Assembly: GCA_013239625.1 (NCBI GenBank)
Contig: MU053652.1
Coordinates: forward strand, 2,420,001 to 2,484,000
Direction: 5' to 3'
Source of the DNA: Lama guanicoe
Lineage: Eukaryota
DNA: 64,000 nt
The notes beneath the pieces are model-generated. The model made no database searches and was not told where the DNA came from. It saw nothing but the letters and a program-made list of their open reading frames with translations. This document shows positions 1 through 13,962 of this stretch, piece after piece. The position numbers and the translations under genes were made by a program. The number at the start of each line of letters is the position of its first letter. Position 1 is the stretch's first letter.

Positions 1-3000
1 GTAGTCACCTGGGATGGCAGACTCCAAACTGCTGGAATCCTGTGATTCAATTCTAAGCAAGGTTTATAGTGGAAGGAAGGAGTTATCCCCGACAGGGCCC
101 TGGGAGCTTACATTCCCATATAGGTGGATCACACAGCCTGTGGCGTCAACAGCATTGAACCCAGGGCTGATGACCCATTAGATCCCTTTTTGGCACTTTT
201 TGGTTTGATATCACTTGGTTGAACCATATGGCAAGTTGTACCTCTGAGCCTCAGTTTCCTTACCTGTAAGATAGAATGAAAGAGCAGAAGGGCCTGTAAT
301 TTCACCGTTAAAACATTTCTGGGCTTCTGCCAAAAGGACAGGCTGACTTAGTAGTCTCTTGGTCTGATCAAGTCATTTGATGGGTGAATCCTGGGCAGGG
401 GAAAGACAGCCCTTTCCCAAGGTGATAGAAAACCCTCAAACTTTGGATCAGACAGACCTGCTTGCCTGTAGACCAGCCGGTGAGCCTCTTTGAGCCTCCA
501 TGAAATGGTAACAAATCTCCATGTTGCAAGTTGCTCTGAAGATAAGAGCTAACGTGTTAATGAGCTTGCTGTTGTGGTCAGAGCTTTAAAAAATCTTAGC
601 AATTTTGATAAATAAAGCATGCATATTGAGTGCTTGATAGGTTTAAGGCGCCCCCCAGCATCACGATTCTGCTCTGTTTGTGGGTCAGTTGCTAAGTAGT
701 CCTAAAAACTAAAGCTTAAGTGCTGCATGGTGTGGGAAAGGGAGGTGTATGTGCAAAAGCAGTACGGTTTGGGAAGGGGTGAGCCCGGCAGAGCTTCCTG
801 CAGGAGGCAGAGAGTGGTGGTTATACATGGATTTTAAAGTAGAAGGGTCAGCATGGAGTGGGAGACCGCTCCTAGGGTGGCTGAGGCTGAATGCACTGCG
901 GGATGTAGCGAAGACACAGCCCAGAAGCTGGGGGCATGGTGGGGGTTCTTGAAGTGGGGTCAGGGAACTGCCGGGAGGCTTTGAGGAGGAGGTGAACTTA
1001 AAGAGCATTCCCTGGGATGGGGTTGGGGGTTGGTGGGTGTTCCTAGCCTGGGGCTACTTGGGCATGGCTTTGAGGCAGAAGTGAGCAAGACATGGGTGGG
1101 GGAGAGTCTCCTGGGAGGAGACTGATTTAAGCAGACTGAGAAGAGGTGGGATTGAGGAAGAGGTTGGGAAAGGGTGAGGGCCAGGGCCGCAGGGTGTGGC
1201 CCCAGAGGGAGAGGCAGAGGAGTGGCACCTGGCTTGCTCAGGAGGGTCCTCTGGGGGTCGCCCTGGACCTAGAGGAGGCAGGGTACCGAGGTGGGGGAGA
1301 GGCACCTCCCACCCTGCATCTGCATTTTCCTCAGGAATCCAGGTTTAAAGGGAGAGGCGGGGCTCCTGCTGAGTGAGGTTTTGATACCATTGCCCTTCAA
1401 AAGTTGAGAGCAGAGGGGACTCCACCTTGTTCGAATTCCTGGAGAGCTGACCCTCTCCATCCTCAGATACCAGCGCTGCTGAGAAGCCTTCCCTGGTTTC
1501 CTAGATGGAACACAGTGATGTTTCAGGGTCTTTGTGGGTGTCTCCCCCACCACGGGGTGACCCCTTCAGGGCTGGGCCAGCAGCATAGTCATCTCTGTCC
1601 AGGGCCCGGTGCAGCACTGGGCACTGAGCAGTCGCTCAGGAAATGTTATCTGGACCATGGACCTGAGGGGAACTGGTCCCAGCCCCTGGCTTCAGGCTCT
1701 CTGGAAGTGGTGAGCCTGAGGCCGCCTTATACCTTGGCAGTGATGCCAGCTAGTGGGCTCTTTCTGCAGCAGCCAGAGCTGGTGGGAGCCACCGCAGAGC
1801 GTCGGGGCTTCCAGGCTTAGGAATCTGGACCAGACCGGTGGCTCCTGTGAGGACAGCTCAGCTCCAGGCCCTCCGCTCCTAAGGGGAATGGGAGGACCCC
1901 CCTGGACTGCTCGCTGCACTTTGAGCTGCACTTCTTGGGAGGGGTGTTGGGATTTAGATTGCCTCTTTCCTGGGAAGAGCTGGCTTCTTCACTCCTCGGG
2001 GGCCCTCTGCAGGTCTGCTGAGTGCAGGCCGAATGGACATCCTCCCAGATTACTGAAGGAAGGTGACCTTCCTCTGCCCTCCCCCTGCGCACTGGCCCAA
2101 GCCCGCCTGGAGCCTTCATCAGAGGCTGAGAGCTCTTTCCTCAGCTCACTTCCTATTTGTGCCCCACCAAGGTGTGATGCTCCACTGGGTGTGTGTGGTG
2201 GGGTTTTTCCTATCTCGACCTGTTCCCAGGGACACCAGTGAGGTTGTGGCGGTCTCTCTGCTTGTCATGTGTCTCGTCCACTTTGTGGGGCTGTTAGGAG
2301 ATCAGGTGAGGTGGCAGATCTGGGATTGCGACTCTTCGGGCCTCACGGACTATAGGTAATCTCTTTAAGCAAAGCCTTCAAGAAAATCTACACGAAAGAT
2401 ACATTACAAGGAGCCTCTTTATATCTGCCACAGTGTTGACCATAAGATTCTTTCAAGTAGGCAGCCCGTTGGATGTTCAAAATAGAATTCAGTTGGCAAA
2501 TACTTCTAAATAACCTGGAAAATCATAGAACACAGAATTCTAGAGCTGGGAGCCTTCTGGAAATCATCTTCTACACCCCCTCATTTTTCATATGAGGGGA
2601 TGCAGACCAGGGGGAGTGTTCACTCACTCAAGTTCCTGGGTTCTCCGCATGACAGCTTCCCAGGGACATGTGTGCAAGTGTATGCAGTAATAGGTACTAG
2701 TAACTGGACTCTGCCTCAGGGCTCACTCTCCCCTGGGCCCTGGAGAAACTCATTAAAACCCTGTTGAGAAATGGCTGCATGATGGTGACAACTTTGTACT
2801 GTGCTCAGGTTCTCTCCACACCCCTCCACCATCAGGGTAAACTGAGGCTTGGAGTCATTTTATTATGCAAGTTAAGCTCCATGTGTCGTGACTGTATGTA
2901 TGTCTCCTGTTGCCTGTGAGCTTCTGTGGTGTCCACGGCCTGCAATCAGAAACTGGAACAAAGAGCTGGTGAGAAATGCTTGTTCGAGGACCAATGCACA

Positions 3001-4239
3001 AGTACAGCATCATTTGCAGATTCAGGAGTGGCCCCTCCCCACATGTCTCTACCCAATCCCTGTGTTGGCTCCAAGCCCCACCCTGGACCACCCTAGCAGT
3101 GGCCAGTACAGACCCCCGGCTTAGCTCAGCCACCTATCCTCCCGCTGTCCCCACCCCTTTCCCCGACACACACCACCACCACCCTCTCTTCCTTTGTAGC
3201 CTTATCCCCCACGGGTCAGCCACCTCCAACTTCCCTAGGGCCAGGGTGCAGGGTGGCACCCCGTCCGCCAATTGTCATGGCCGGAAGGCTGTGGGCCTCA
3301 GCCCAGGGGCAGAGAATGCTGAGGAATGGCTGAGCAAGGCTCGCCACGCAGCTCCAGGTTGGGGTGCGGGGGGCCCTCCCAGAGCCAGGCCCTGGGAGAT
3401 GCACGGGCCTACCCGGGAGCCTCCAGTTGCCTGACCTCTAACCTTCCAGCTCCCAGACCCAGGTCAGCCTACAAGGGACACTTTGTAATCCTTCAACTAA
3501 GTGTAATAGGTGTGAGGCCGAAGCCACGCCCCCTTCATAGAAGAAGTTCATGGAGCTCTATCCAGAGGGGTCCCTCTGTCCCCATCCAGTCTGACTCCTG
3601 TGCTAACCTGTTCTGAACGTGCTGCCTGGAGCTAGAGTCTCCAGCTAGGATAGCATGAGGTTGCGTTAAACAGCTTCTGTCTCACAGATCATTCCATTTG
3701 GGGGAAACCGAGGCCCAGGCACCAGGGATCCAAGTAGATCACACAAGCAGCTCTTCTCCCAAAAGTCCACAGGCCTCACTCGAGCGTTTCCCTCAACTCT
3801 TTGCTGGAATGCTGCCTTCTCAGAGAGGCTTTCCAGACCCCTACACCCTGGTCTTCTCACCCCTGGTTATTTTCCCCAGACGGGCACTCATTTCTTTGTC
3901 GGTCTCTCCCCTGAGTAGACTGTAAGTTCTACGTGGGCAGGGACTTCTGTTGGTCAGTGCTGTCTGCAGCTGCAGCACCTGGATGTGGTAGACGGTCAGT
4001 AAGTATCTGCTGGATGAGCAAGGGAGTGGGTAGGTGGCAGAGCTAACTAGCTCGGCTTGGCTGCCGGTTCTCTCTCTCCAGCTGCAAGGATGGTAACCTG
4101 ATTCCAGAAGAGAGGCAAGTGGCGGGAGGGGCCGCCCGTGGAGGAATGGACACAAAGGCAGACGTGGAGCAGGGACTCTCTGAAGGAAGAGAGGTGTGGG
4201 AGGTGTGTTAGCCTCATGTCTGATTCTGTCCACAACCCT

Positions 4240-4600
4240 CCCCTTCGGGTGAAGGCTAGTGGGCTAAACAAGGCAAGTTATTATCTCTGTCGTATAATAG
4301 AAGTTCAGAGGGCTGGTTTGGTGGTTCTGCCACTGTTTGCATGTTGCCTTATGGTCCAAGGTGGCTACTCAGGCTCCAGTTGTCGGGGAAGAAAGAACAA
4401 CAAGCCTGCAGCTCCTCTTTTGAGATTCCCTGCCGGAAACCCACACACACTACTTCCAGTTACATTCTATTTTCTAGAACTTAGTCCTGTGGCCACATGT
4501 AGCTGCAAGGGAAGCAGGAAAGAGCACTTTCCTAAAGGAAGAGTGAGTTTTATTTCAGGAACTCATATGCCTAACCAAAGTGGTTCGGTTATGAAGAGGT
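4240..4600. mobile_element. Old MaLR LTR (MLT1J/K-like)
   Basis: atggtccaaggtggct..agaacttagtcctgtggccacatgtagctgcaagggaagcaggaaa. Confidence 0.55.
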
Positions 4601-5964
4601 AAAGAATGGATATTGGAATTGGTCACTGGCAAATGCTACTGTAGACCTTCCCTGGTTTTCTCTGCAGGTGCCCCCAGTCCTCACCTTGCCAGTCAGATCA
4701 ACTTAGCATCTGCACGAGTGAAAGAAACACTTGTGCCCCATGGCCTGAGGCTCTGCCACCTTCTGGCTCAGCTATTCCAGCTTGGCCCTTGTTTTCTGTG
4801 GCTCCAGCCTTTTGGTGCTGATGGAGCAGTTCCTTGTAATGCTCAGGGAAACCTGGCTCCCTCCGTCTCCAATCCCTCAGTTTTGAGCTGCACCAGTGAG
4901 CCAGGTGGTCTGGGGACCTCCCATGATCAGGGCCTCAGCCAGGGCAGGTATGGAGCTCTATCCCTGGTTGGGGAAGAAGAATTTCTGTACCGCACCCTCC
5001 CCTTCCCATCTCAGCAGGGCAAGTACGGGGCAGAGGGAGATAGTAGGAGATACTGTTCTTAGGAGTTTGGTCGGATGGACACTTGTGAGAGCAGCAGTTG
5101 GAGGCCAGTGGCTTTTAAACCCAATGGAGATGTTCTGTGAGCTGTCTTAGGGGCTACTGAGAACTTGGGGTGCACACCTGGAGAGGAAAACTAAGAGTAG
5201 GCCAATCTGGAGAGTCCACTCCACTTAATGCAGCTCTGCTTTTATCTGTTCTGTATGGTTAGTCTCCCATAAGAATGCTTTTGAGAGAAGAGTTCTGCTG
5301 GCAAAGAGGATAGGAGAAAAGTTAATCTCCCGGCGTGATGCCCCAAGTCCCAGGCTTCGACTTTAGAAGCTTGGGTTTTGGTCTGAGCTCTGTCGGTTAC
5401 AGGCCTTGTGATTTCAGACTCGTTCCTGGGCCTCTGTTTGCCCAGCTACAAAATGGGTATCACACCTCCTTCAACAGTGAGCGTTAAACGCGATCATGTA
5501 AGTGGTGTGCCTGACACAGTTTAGTTTTATTTCTTTAATTGGCTTCCACTCTAGCCCAGTGTGGGGTGTGATGAGACAGACCCTGCTACTGCCCCTCCCA
5601 AGCTGGCGCGTTCGCTGTGGCCTTGCTGGGCCAAGCTTTCTCCTCTGTGGCCCTTTCCCATTAGTGACTGCCCCAAGCCAGGTCACTCAGGATGAAGGCC
5701 CCTGTTCTGGGGGTTAGTTCTAGATCAGATGAGGGTGGCCAGGGTGGGCTTGACTAAGAAGGGGCTCCGATGGCCAGCCCCCACCTTCCTAGTTCCCACC
5801 CAGGTGCTTTTCATCCCAGCCCGAGGGGGCACTGCCCTTTACTTCTGGGCTTCAAGTCAAAACAGGCTTTCCCGAAGCCCTCCAGACCCTGGTCCTGGCC
5901 GCCCCCAAGGGTCTGCCCATCACACTGTGAAGCGGAGTCTCCCGCCCCACAGCTCTTGTTCTTT

Positions 5965-6393
5965 CCTTTTTGTTTTTAATTTATTTAAATATAGTTGATT
6001 TATAATACTGTGTTAGTTTCAGGTATGCAGCTTCAGATTCTTTTCCATTACAGGTTATTACAAGATACTGAGTATAGTTCCCTGTGCTGTACAGGAGGAC
6101 CTTGTTGTTTATCTGTTTTATCTATAGTAGTTTGTATCTGCTAACCCCAAACCCCTAATTTATCCCTCCACCCTGTTCTCCTTTGGTAACCAGAAGTTTG
6201 TTTTTTATGTCTGTGAGCCTATTTCTGTCTTGTAAATAAGTTGATTTGTATTATTTTTTAAGATTTCACATGTAAGTAATTTCATATATATGTCTTTCTC
6301 TTCTTGACACTTCTTTCAGTATGATAACCTCTAGGTTCATCCATGTTGCTGCAAATAGCAATATTTCATTCTTTTTAATGGCTGAGTAGTATT

Positions 6394-6449
<56 letters not shown>

Positions 6450-6553
6450 GTGTGTGTGTGTGTGTGTAATGTGATACATAGACCACATCTTCTTTATCCA
6501 TTTGTCTGTTGGTGGACATTTGGATTGCTTCCATGTCTTGGCTATTGTGAATG
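5965..6553 (-). mobile_element. LINE-1 3' fragment with internal (TG)n
   Basis: Minus-strand [23 protein letters not shown] plus a typical L1 3'UTR. Confidence 0.88.
6396..6467. repeat. (TG)n microsatellite with one interruption
   Basis: Read directly. Confidence 0.97.
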
Positions 6554-7302
6554 GTCTGCGCTCTTCTTTCACTTGGATAAAGCTCCTCTGGCCGCCCCTG
6601 CTATACTATTCCTGTCCAGCATGTGGCTCTGAGTCTCTCCCTCTATAGCTTCCTCTCTCCTTGTCCAATCTCACCTGACTCTTGTACCAAATTCCCAGTG
6701 ACACCGTCCAAGCCAGGCAGTGAAGCATGATGTTAGTCTTTCTACAGCCAGCTCTACATTTTCCTTCTCCGAGAAGGGAAGGGAGGAGGGGAGGCCCATG
6801 GGGTAACAATCCAGCATCTAAGGTAAACCAGGAAACCAAATACTTCCTCACGAAGTGAGATTTGGGAGGAAGCTGGGAACTCCTCACAGAGCTGCATTCA
6901 GGCTTCTGCACAATAAACCCCAGCAGAGCATTGCCCTGTGCCTTGGTTTACCAAAATGGTAAATTCAGGCTAGCACCAGATTGCCTTTTTTTTTTTTACA
7001 ATTCAGTAAAACGAACTGTGTCCCAAACTCCAAAGAGAACACTAGCAGTCCTCAAGATATTAATAGTTATGTTCAATAAATGTTTGACAAGTGAGTAAAA
7101 AGTTGTTTTGTGAGTAAAAGAGAATGTTTGGGAAATGCTGTTCCCCTTCTTAGAAAGTCAATACGTATTAGGATCTCAAATGATCTAAGATGGCCCTTGT
7201 TACCTTTGTCTGACCCTGCGTTCCCCAAGCATACTTTAACCGTGGCACCCTTTTCTCCTTCCTCTTTTCAGCAGAACGTCCACTGGGGAGATACCGGTGT
7301 GA

Positions 7303-7412
7303 AGGTAGTGACCAACTGTCCCAGTTTGCCCGGGACAGAGAGATCCTGGGATATGTGACTGTCAGAGCTAAAACCCAGACGGTCCTATGTAAAGACCTGG
7401 ACCAGGTGGAAA
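7303..7412. mobile_element. MER81-like hAT-Blackjack element
   Basis: gtgaccaactgtcccagtttgcccgggac..tcagagctaaaaccc. Confidence 0.6.
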
Positions 7413-9997
7413 CAGCATCAAACATAGAAACACACCTGGCGGCGTCTGGGGGGCTTTGCTAAGCAGGACCTTGATGTGGTGACTAGCAGGCCCTCCTTCC
7501 CTGGGGGCTTTCTAGGAAACTGCCAGGAAGGTTGTGGCCACTAGGAGGGCTGCTTGTCCCTGAGTCTGTGCATGAGTGAGTGGCATTTGAGGCTAGTGAC
7601 CCCTCCTTAGTGCTTAATGATGGTGGCGTTTCTTAGAAGTTGGAGGCATGATGAAGAGAACCGTGGCTGTGCATGTTTTTGACGTTGAGTCTCTCTGCTC
7701 CAATGGGGGCAGACGTGGTTTGCTGGTTACTTCTGGTTTCTTTCCTCTTGTGCCTCTGCCCCTGCTGCTTTGAGCCCCTGATCATGATGGCATTGCATCT
7801 CTGTTTTTAATTCCGTTTGAGTCTGTCGCCCTGTCATCCTGCCCAGGCCTCGGAGGAGGGGACTCCAGAGGGTGTTCCGAGAGCCAGCACCCGTGGAGGC
7901 TCACCAGATGCAGCGGTGCTCAGGGCTTTCTCCTCAGTGCTGGTTAAGCAGGGCGCGCTGAGATATGTGGATCTCATCCACCCTCAGGCTGTTGTTTTTC
8001 CGGGATTCAGGGGAGCCAAGCCCACTGGAGAGGGACTGCATCTTGTTTGTTGGGTCACCAGCTTGCCTGTGCTTCCCAAGCTGCCTAAAGCACCCCTTCC
8101 CAGGTGAGTCAGTGATGTGCACGGTCCCCTTGCTCAGGCATATGTACTCCTTTACGCGAGCTCTAGGGGGCGCTGCTGAGTGGAGTGTGGCTGCGTCCCT
8201 GCTGTTAGCCCACTCCCCAGGTCTCCCCTTCTCCTGAAGACCTCCAGGGAACCACACAAAGTTTCTTCTTGTCCTGAGGTCACTCAGGTGTCAGCTTCTC
8301 TGTGGTTACAGTGGGCCAGGACACTAGAGAGCTTGTGCCGTACAGCTGGCTTCGGGGAGAGGCAGGTGGGAACTGGTCCACGGGCTCCTGTTCCCCCTTG
8401 GCATCCTGGGAGGTTGCACGTAGGTGGAGAAACATTTTGGCTTTGCTCCTGAGCCTGGGGGGCATCTGGAAGTCTGGTCCCGACCACACACAGTCACGTC
8501 TCTGAATTCCATGGGCACTTCGAGCAATTGGGTCAATACGCCAGCTGTAACTGCCCCCGGGGTCTCCTGATAATTAAGCTGTGGGTATCTATGTGTGTGT
8601 ATGTGTGTGGGTGGGTGGCAGCGAGCATGAGGCAGATACCCAGGAGGGTCTGAGTTGGGTGCTGAATGAAGAGCAGGGAAGAAAAGAAAAAATGGCAGAT
8701 GCTCTATCTGCCTGGGGTAGGCATCCTCTCTGGGGGCCTGTTTTCTCATCTGTGAGTGAGGGGGCGGCTACTTAGTATTTCTCCGTGGTCTGAAAGGCCT
8801 GACTTGCCTGATGATCTTGGACCCCAAACTGCTGGCATAATGGGACTGGATTCAAGTGTGCGGATCCAGCCAGGGGAGACTGGGGGGAGCCTAGACTTGA
8901 TAGCACAATTTGAGCCACTGGGGGTGGCTGGAGATGGGGGAGGCTGTTTTCATCACAGTTGGTTGCTGGTGACAGCCAGCCAGTGACACTTCTGTAGAAA
9001 TGTATGCCTGTGTCCCATGGTGTCCCGGAGGCTTTCAGATTCTTGCTGGCCTAGCCCCTCTCTCCTTTTCACCTTACCACCTCAGATGCCTCCCCTCCCC
9101 ACCCAATGGCCAGGATGGGGAGCAGGAGCTGGAGCCAGGAGCATATGGACATATTTGCCCTCAGGATAGCCCACACTGGGAGTTGGACCACAGAGTTCTT
9201 GATACCAAAGGAGGTGTAACCTGCTGCCCAGTACTCTGACCATCTGTCTGCCCATCTCTCCTTTGTTGGAGTGGGATCTGTGATGTCTAGGGTGCCTCTG
9301 GCTCTGACATTTTATGACCCAGGGATGCAGAGAAAAATGATGTCTGCATGGCTTCTACAGCAGGGAACATACCCGGAGTAGTCGTGGAGGGCTGTGTCCT
9401 GACCCACAGCTGGCCCTGGCTGTTCAGTAGCTCTCTGCCTCTCTCTGACCCCTGCTTCCCCAGCCTGAGGGGTGAGTTTCAGCTCCTCTGCCGGTGGCAT
9501 CTTTAGGTGTGATGCCACCACTATAAAAGCAGAGACCAGTGTATAAGGGACCAGTATCTCTGAAATCCCATGTTCCTGGGTGTGCCACACTCCAGAGCAT
9601 TGCACCGATTTTCCAGATGGGAAATCCAAGTCAGGAGAATTATGGTGATTTACCCAGAGTCTAGTCTTGAGGCTTCAAGGAGCCCCTTCCACTTGAGAGA
9701 TGCCTTAGTGCTTGCGGCCCCAGACATATTGGCATCTTGGCTTCTGCACCCACCTTGGAGCAGGTGGGTAGTGAGACTAGCAGTGAAGAGAATGTGGAAA
9801 GGTAGGGCCAGGGGTAAGTGAGGCCATGGACTTAAGGTGATGCCTCCCCTTCTCCACCCCTTTTGGAGCCCCAGATCTGACTTGAGCATCAATCTTGTGT
9901 GATCCATGCAAACCTAACCCCCTTTCCTAACCTGCAGAACCTCAGAGGGGAACATTTCATTTTGCTCCCAGTTTCTTCTGAAAACAGCTATGAAATC

Positions 9998-9999
<2 letters not shown>

Positions 10000-10038
<39 letters not shown>
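10000..10038. repeat. (TG)n microsatellite
   Basis: Read directly. Confidence 0.97.
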
Positions 10039-10039
<1 letters not shown>

Positions 10040-12884
10040 CACACCTTTCATCCCCCCTTCTGGTGACATGGAGCCTCTTGGACTACTTGTGGAGGATGAC
10101 TCTTTGGCCATTTGGACACCTGGCTCCAGCCCGGGATTCCTGATTCACTTCCCTAGGCGGAGCTCGTAGGAAACTGAGCTTCCTCCACCAGCTCTAAGGT
10201 CTCAAACACAGGAGCACGTCTTGGCTTTGTTTAAAAGGAACACTGGCTTTTAACTTGCCCTGCAGGCCTTGGCGGGGGACATGGGAGCCAGCCCGCAATT
10301 GTCTGGCCATATTCATTTAGGAGGTTTGTTTGTTCTTTTTAAGCAACACCCCCAACAGACCACCCCCTCCCCATCGGCAAGCAGAGCTCCTCTGCCTTCA
10401 CACACCAGGGAAATCCAGATTCTGTGCCCTTCAGGGAGTGGTCTGCTTTCCCCCACGACCTCGCGGGGCCGCGCGCGAGTCTCGGGTGAAGGAGTTTGGG
10501 GCTTTACTTCACCCGCTTTGTGGAGTCAGTGGGGCGTCAGATGGGAGCAGACTGACAGCCTCGCTCCTCCCCTGCCCCCTAGCGCGCACATTTCGTCTAG
10601 AGACTGTGTGCTAATGTGGATTATGCTGCAGCAAGAAGGTTGCAGGTGTTATTCCTGGAAGGGGAGACTTCTCTCCAGGACAGGGGAAAAAAAAAAAGGG
10701 TATGGAAATCTGGAAAGCTACGCCTGCAGCCTTAACCTTCAGCTTCCAGCAGGCGGAAACCGGTCATTCCTTGGGAAAATCACAGGCCCCATTTCACAGC
10801 TTTCTCACTCGGCCATCCCACCGTCTGTGCGGGACTTCCCTCTGGCTCCTGGCCCTTGTTTGTTTTTGGCCAGGAGTGGAGACTGGTCCCTGGCGGAGGT
10901 TTCCAGGGGCGGCTGAGAAACCCGTACACATCTGGTTATTTTCATGGCTTTGGGAGGGGGAAGGTGGCGTGGGAATGACAACGTGCTCCGTCGGAAAAAT
11001 ATTTACTGAGGTTGTTTTTGAACCGACTGCTAAGGGAAGAGTTGGATGCCAAATGTGCTCCCGCTTTGGCTGTGGAAGCGTGTGCACCCCAGGACTGAGT
11101 GAGCAGGGGTGCGCCTGGGGGAGAGAGGGCCCGCTGAGAGGCTGTGCTGGCAGGTGCCAACCCTGTGCGATGGTTTGTGGTGGTTGCGGGAGGAGAGGAC
11201 CCCCACCCCCAAAGTCCTGCTCCTGCCCCCCAGCCTTCATCTCTTCCACAAGGAGCATGATGAGGGCCCCTCCCCAGAGGGTGCGGGAGACCTAAATGGG
11301 ATCCCCGGTAAGGCTGGCAGCTCACTCTGTCCCACACAACAGGCCTCGTCAGTGCTACTTACACGGTTACGAGTGATGAGGATGCACTGTGTCTGATGGT
11401 GGCTGGTAGGAAATTTCTCCACTTGAGGAGAGGACACACGTGTGCACCTGTGCCCTGGGCCTCGGACCTGACAGGCGCCTGCCCTCCTTTCCCGAGCTCT
11501 CGGCCCGAAAGGTTGTGTCTCCAGTGCACAGCAGGGTGTTGTCAGCTCACCTTCCCATCCAGCCAGACCTACCCCTCTGTAGAGTTGGAGTGTTTTGACA
11601 TTTTCCCCCAATGCTTATATATTAAAAAAAAAGTTCATTTTTTTCCAAGGTAGGTAGTTCTCTCCCTTGACCAACAAGGAGACCAAGGCCCCAGGCTCCT
11701 GCCCCGAGAGCTCGATCTTCCTGTGGAGGCTGCACGGACATCACACACATGGTCCTTGAAACTGATCTTGAAGATGAGCTGATGGCTCTCTGCCTCCCCT
11801 CGGGGTGCTGTCCTGTCATCCTGACCTTCATGTGGTAGCCCTTCCTGGCAGGTGATGTGAGCGCGGCCACCCGGGCATTGCTCCCGCCTGCCCGCAGGCC
11901 AGTGGGTTGGCTGCTGCTGGGCACGTTGCCCGCTCAGACAGATCTGAATTCACATGGTCGGCAGCAGGCAAAGGGATTAGGAGGCCCCGGGAAGGGTGTT
12001 GTTTTAAGGAAGTTAGTCCGTCTTTCCAGTACAGGAAGAGCCCCTTCCCTGGACAGGTTGGCCGCCCCCACACAAAGCCTGACACCTATCCCCAACCTCC
12101 CGTCAGTGTGCACACCCCTCTCATTAGGAAGAGCCGTGACAGGTGGCTCAGAGGCAGGAGTCTGGCCCCGGGCAGCCCCTCCATGTGGGTGGGGAGGGGA
12201 AGCAGAGCAGGGGCCTGAGGGCTCAGGTGGAGGCAGGGCAGGGATCTTGGGTGGCACAGTGGATGAATTCCAAGCTCTCCTCTTAGCCCTCTGCCTTCAG
12301 CATCAGAATTATAATAATGAGTAATCCGAAGAATGTACTTAGAAGCTTCCTGTTACAGGGTGGGGGCGGGGTTGTGCCCTCAGACCCCACCTGGAGAGCT
12401 TCTGATGGGGGCGGGTGGGGGTGTGCAGCCAGCTCTGGCCTGAGCTTGTTCTGGGAGGGCTTGCAGAGCTCCATGGAGCCCCCTCTCTGTGACGCGCCCT
12501 GAGCTGGCATGCAGGGCGAGGGCGTGGGGGTGTGGTGAGGGCAGCTCCATTCTACAGAGGGCCTCCTGGCTGCACACTCTGCTCCTGCCCCTCCACCTCT
12601 TCCCATCTGCTGGCACCGAAAGCTCACACCTGAGTGACAGCTAGCCAGCTGGGCAGTGGGTCTGGGATGACAGAGCTGAGGGGAGTGGCCCACATGGGGA
12701 GGGCCTGAGATTCTGCCTGGGTGTGGGACCTGGGCAGGGAGGAGGATATTCAGGAGATGGGCCTGGGGCTCGCCTTCCTGTCGTCTCCCTCCCCTCGCTC
12801 CGTGGGACCGGCCGCAGCAGCCCTGTCCACGCAGCTCCTGTGCAGGCTATGTCCCGCGGGGGCGTGAGCGGCGGTGTCTGAGCA

Positions 12885-13245
12885 ACCCAGTGCCCATCAG
12901 CGGTAGGATGGATACAATACTGCAGCGAGCGGACAGTCCACACAACACACACCCCACTAGGAATCACACAAACAGACTGCCAGGGGTACGAAGCCAGACC
13001 CAAAAGTCATACTGTGGGATTCCACTGACACAATTCAAGATGCGGCAAAACTAACCTGTAATACTTAACTCAGAGGAGAGGCGACCTTGAAGATGGGGAG
13101 TGACTGGAAGTGACCACAGGGAGGGCTCTGAGATGCGGTATTCTGATCCCATAATCCAAGCGTTGGTTACATGGCTGTGCTCCATCCACACCTGCTATGT
13201 GTGCAGTTTTTTGAGTGTGTAATTCTTCAATGAAATGTTAAAATA
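12885..13245 (+). mobile_element. Degraded L1ME-like 3' end
   Basis: aacccagtgcccatca..gaagccagacccaaaag..catactgtgggattcca..ggcaaaactaa motifs. Confidence 0.55.
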
Positions 13246-13962
13246 GCGAGGGAAGGGGCTGTTCTCTGAGGACTTCCCGGTGGGACACAGCAGGAGCTAC
13301 TGTGAACTCATGGCAGGAGACAGTCACCAAAGCCCCAGGCAGACAGTTCAGGTGGGCTGCCCAGAGAGAGGCTCTGTGGATGGGAGCAGTCAGTCCCCTG
13401 AGAAGAGGGTGGGAACTGAGTTAGGTGCACTGACCTGTGCATCTGCTGTCTGCTGTACCCTGGCCCTGCTCCTGCCCCAAGCTGTCATGGGCCATTCTCT
13501 TGAGGGGCAGAGGGAGTACCACACCAGGTGGCCCCATCCCTGGGAGAGAGTCCACTGGTGCCCTGGTGCCATGCAGGTTCCAGGGAACGAGAGGCTGGCT
13601 GTGGTCCCTCCCCCAACATCACTAGTAAATGGTCCCAGCCATAGGAAGAGGGGAGGGCACCTCTGTGTGACTGCCAGCCACACTCACCCCTCTCCTGTCT
13701 GTTACTGGACTGTGGTGCTCTTAGGTTTTTAAATCTATTCTTACTTTTAATTTGTTTTTTGAATAGGTAAGAATTTGGGCATATCCTCTTGCTTGTAATC
13801 TGAGTAGCAAATATTTTTCCCAGTTTGGTCTCTCGCCACTGGGTTTCTGAGAGCAGGTCAGTACAAGTTGGGATCTTCAGGGACATCACTGTTTAGAATA
13901 GGGTCCACAGCTGGATAAAAACCTAGGCTTCTAGCCCCAGTCCCCGGAGGGATCATGTCCAT

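Noticed and set aside
12780..12940. CpG-rich patch as possible PODXL exon 1
   Set aside because: No ATG-led hydrophobic signal peptide with a phase-1 donor; short, and runs into a degraded L1 fragment.
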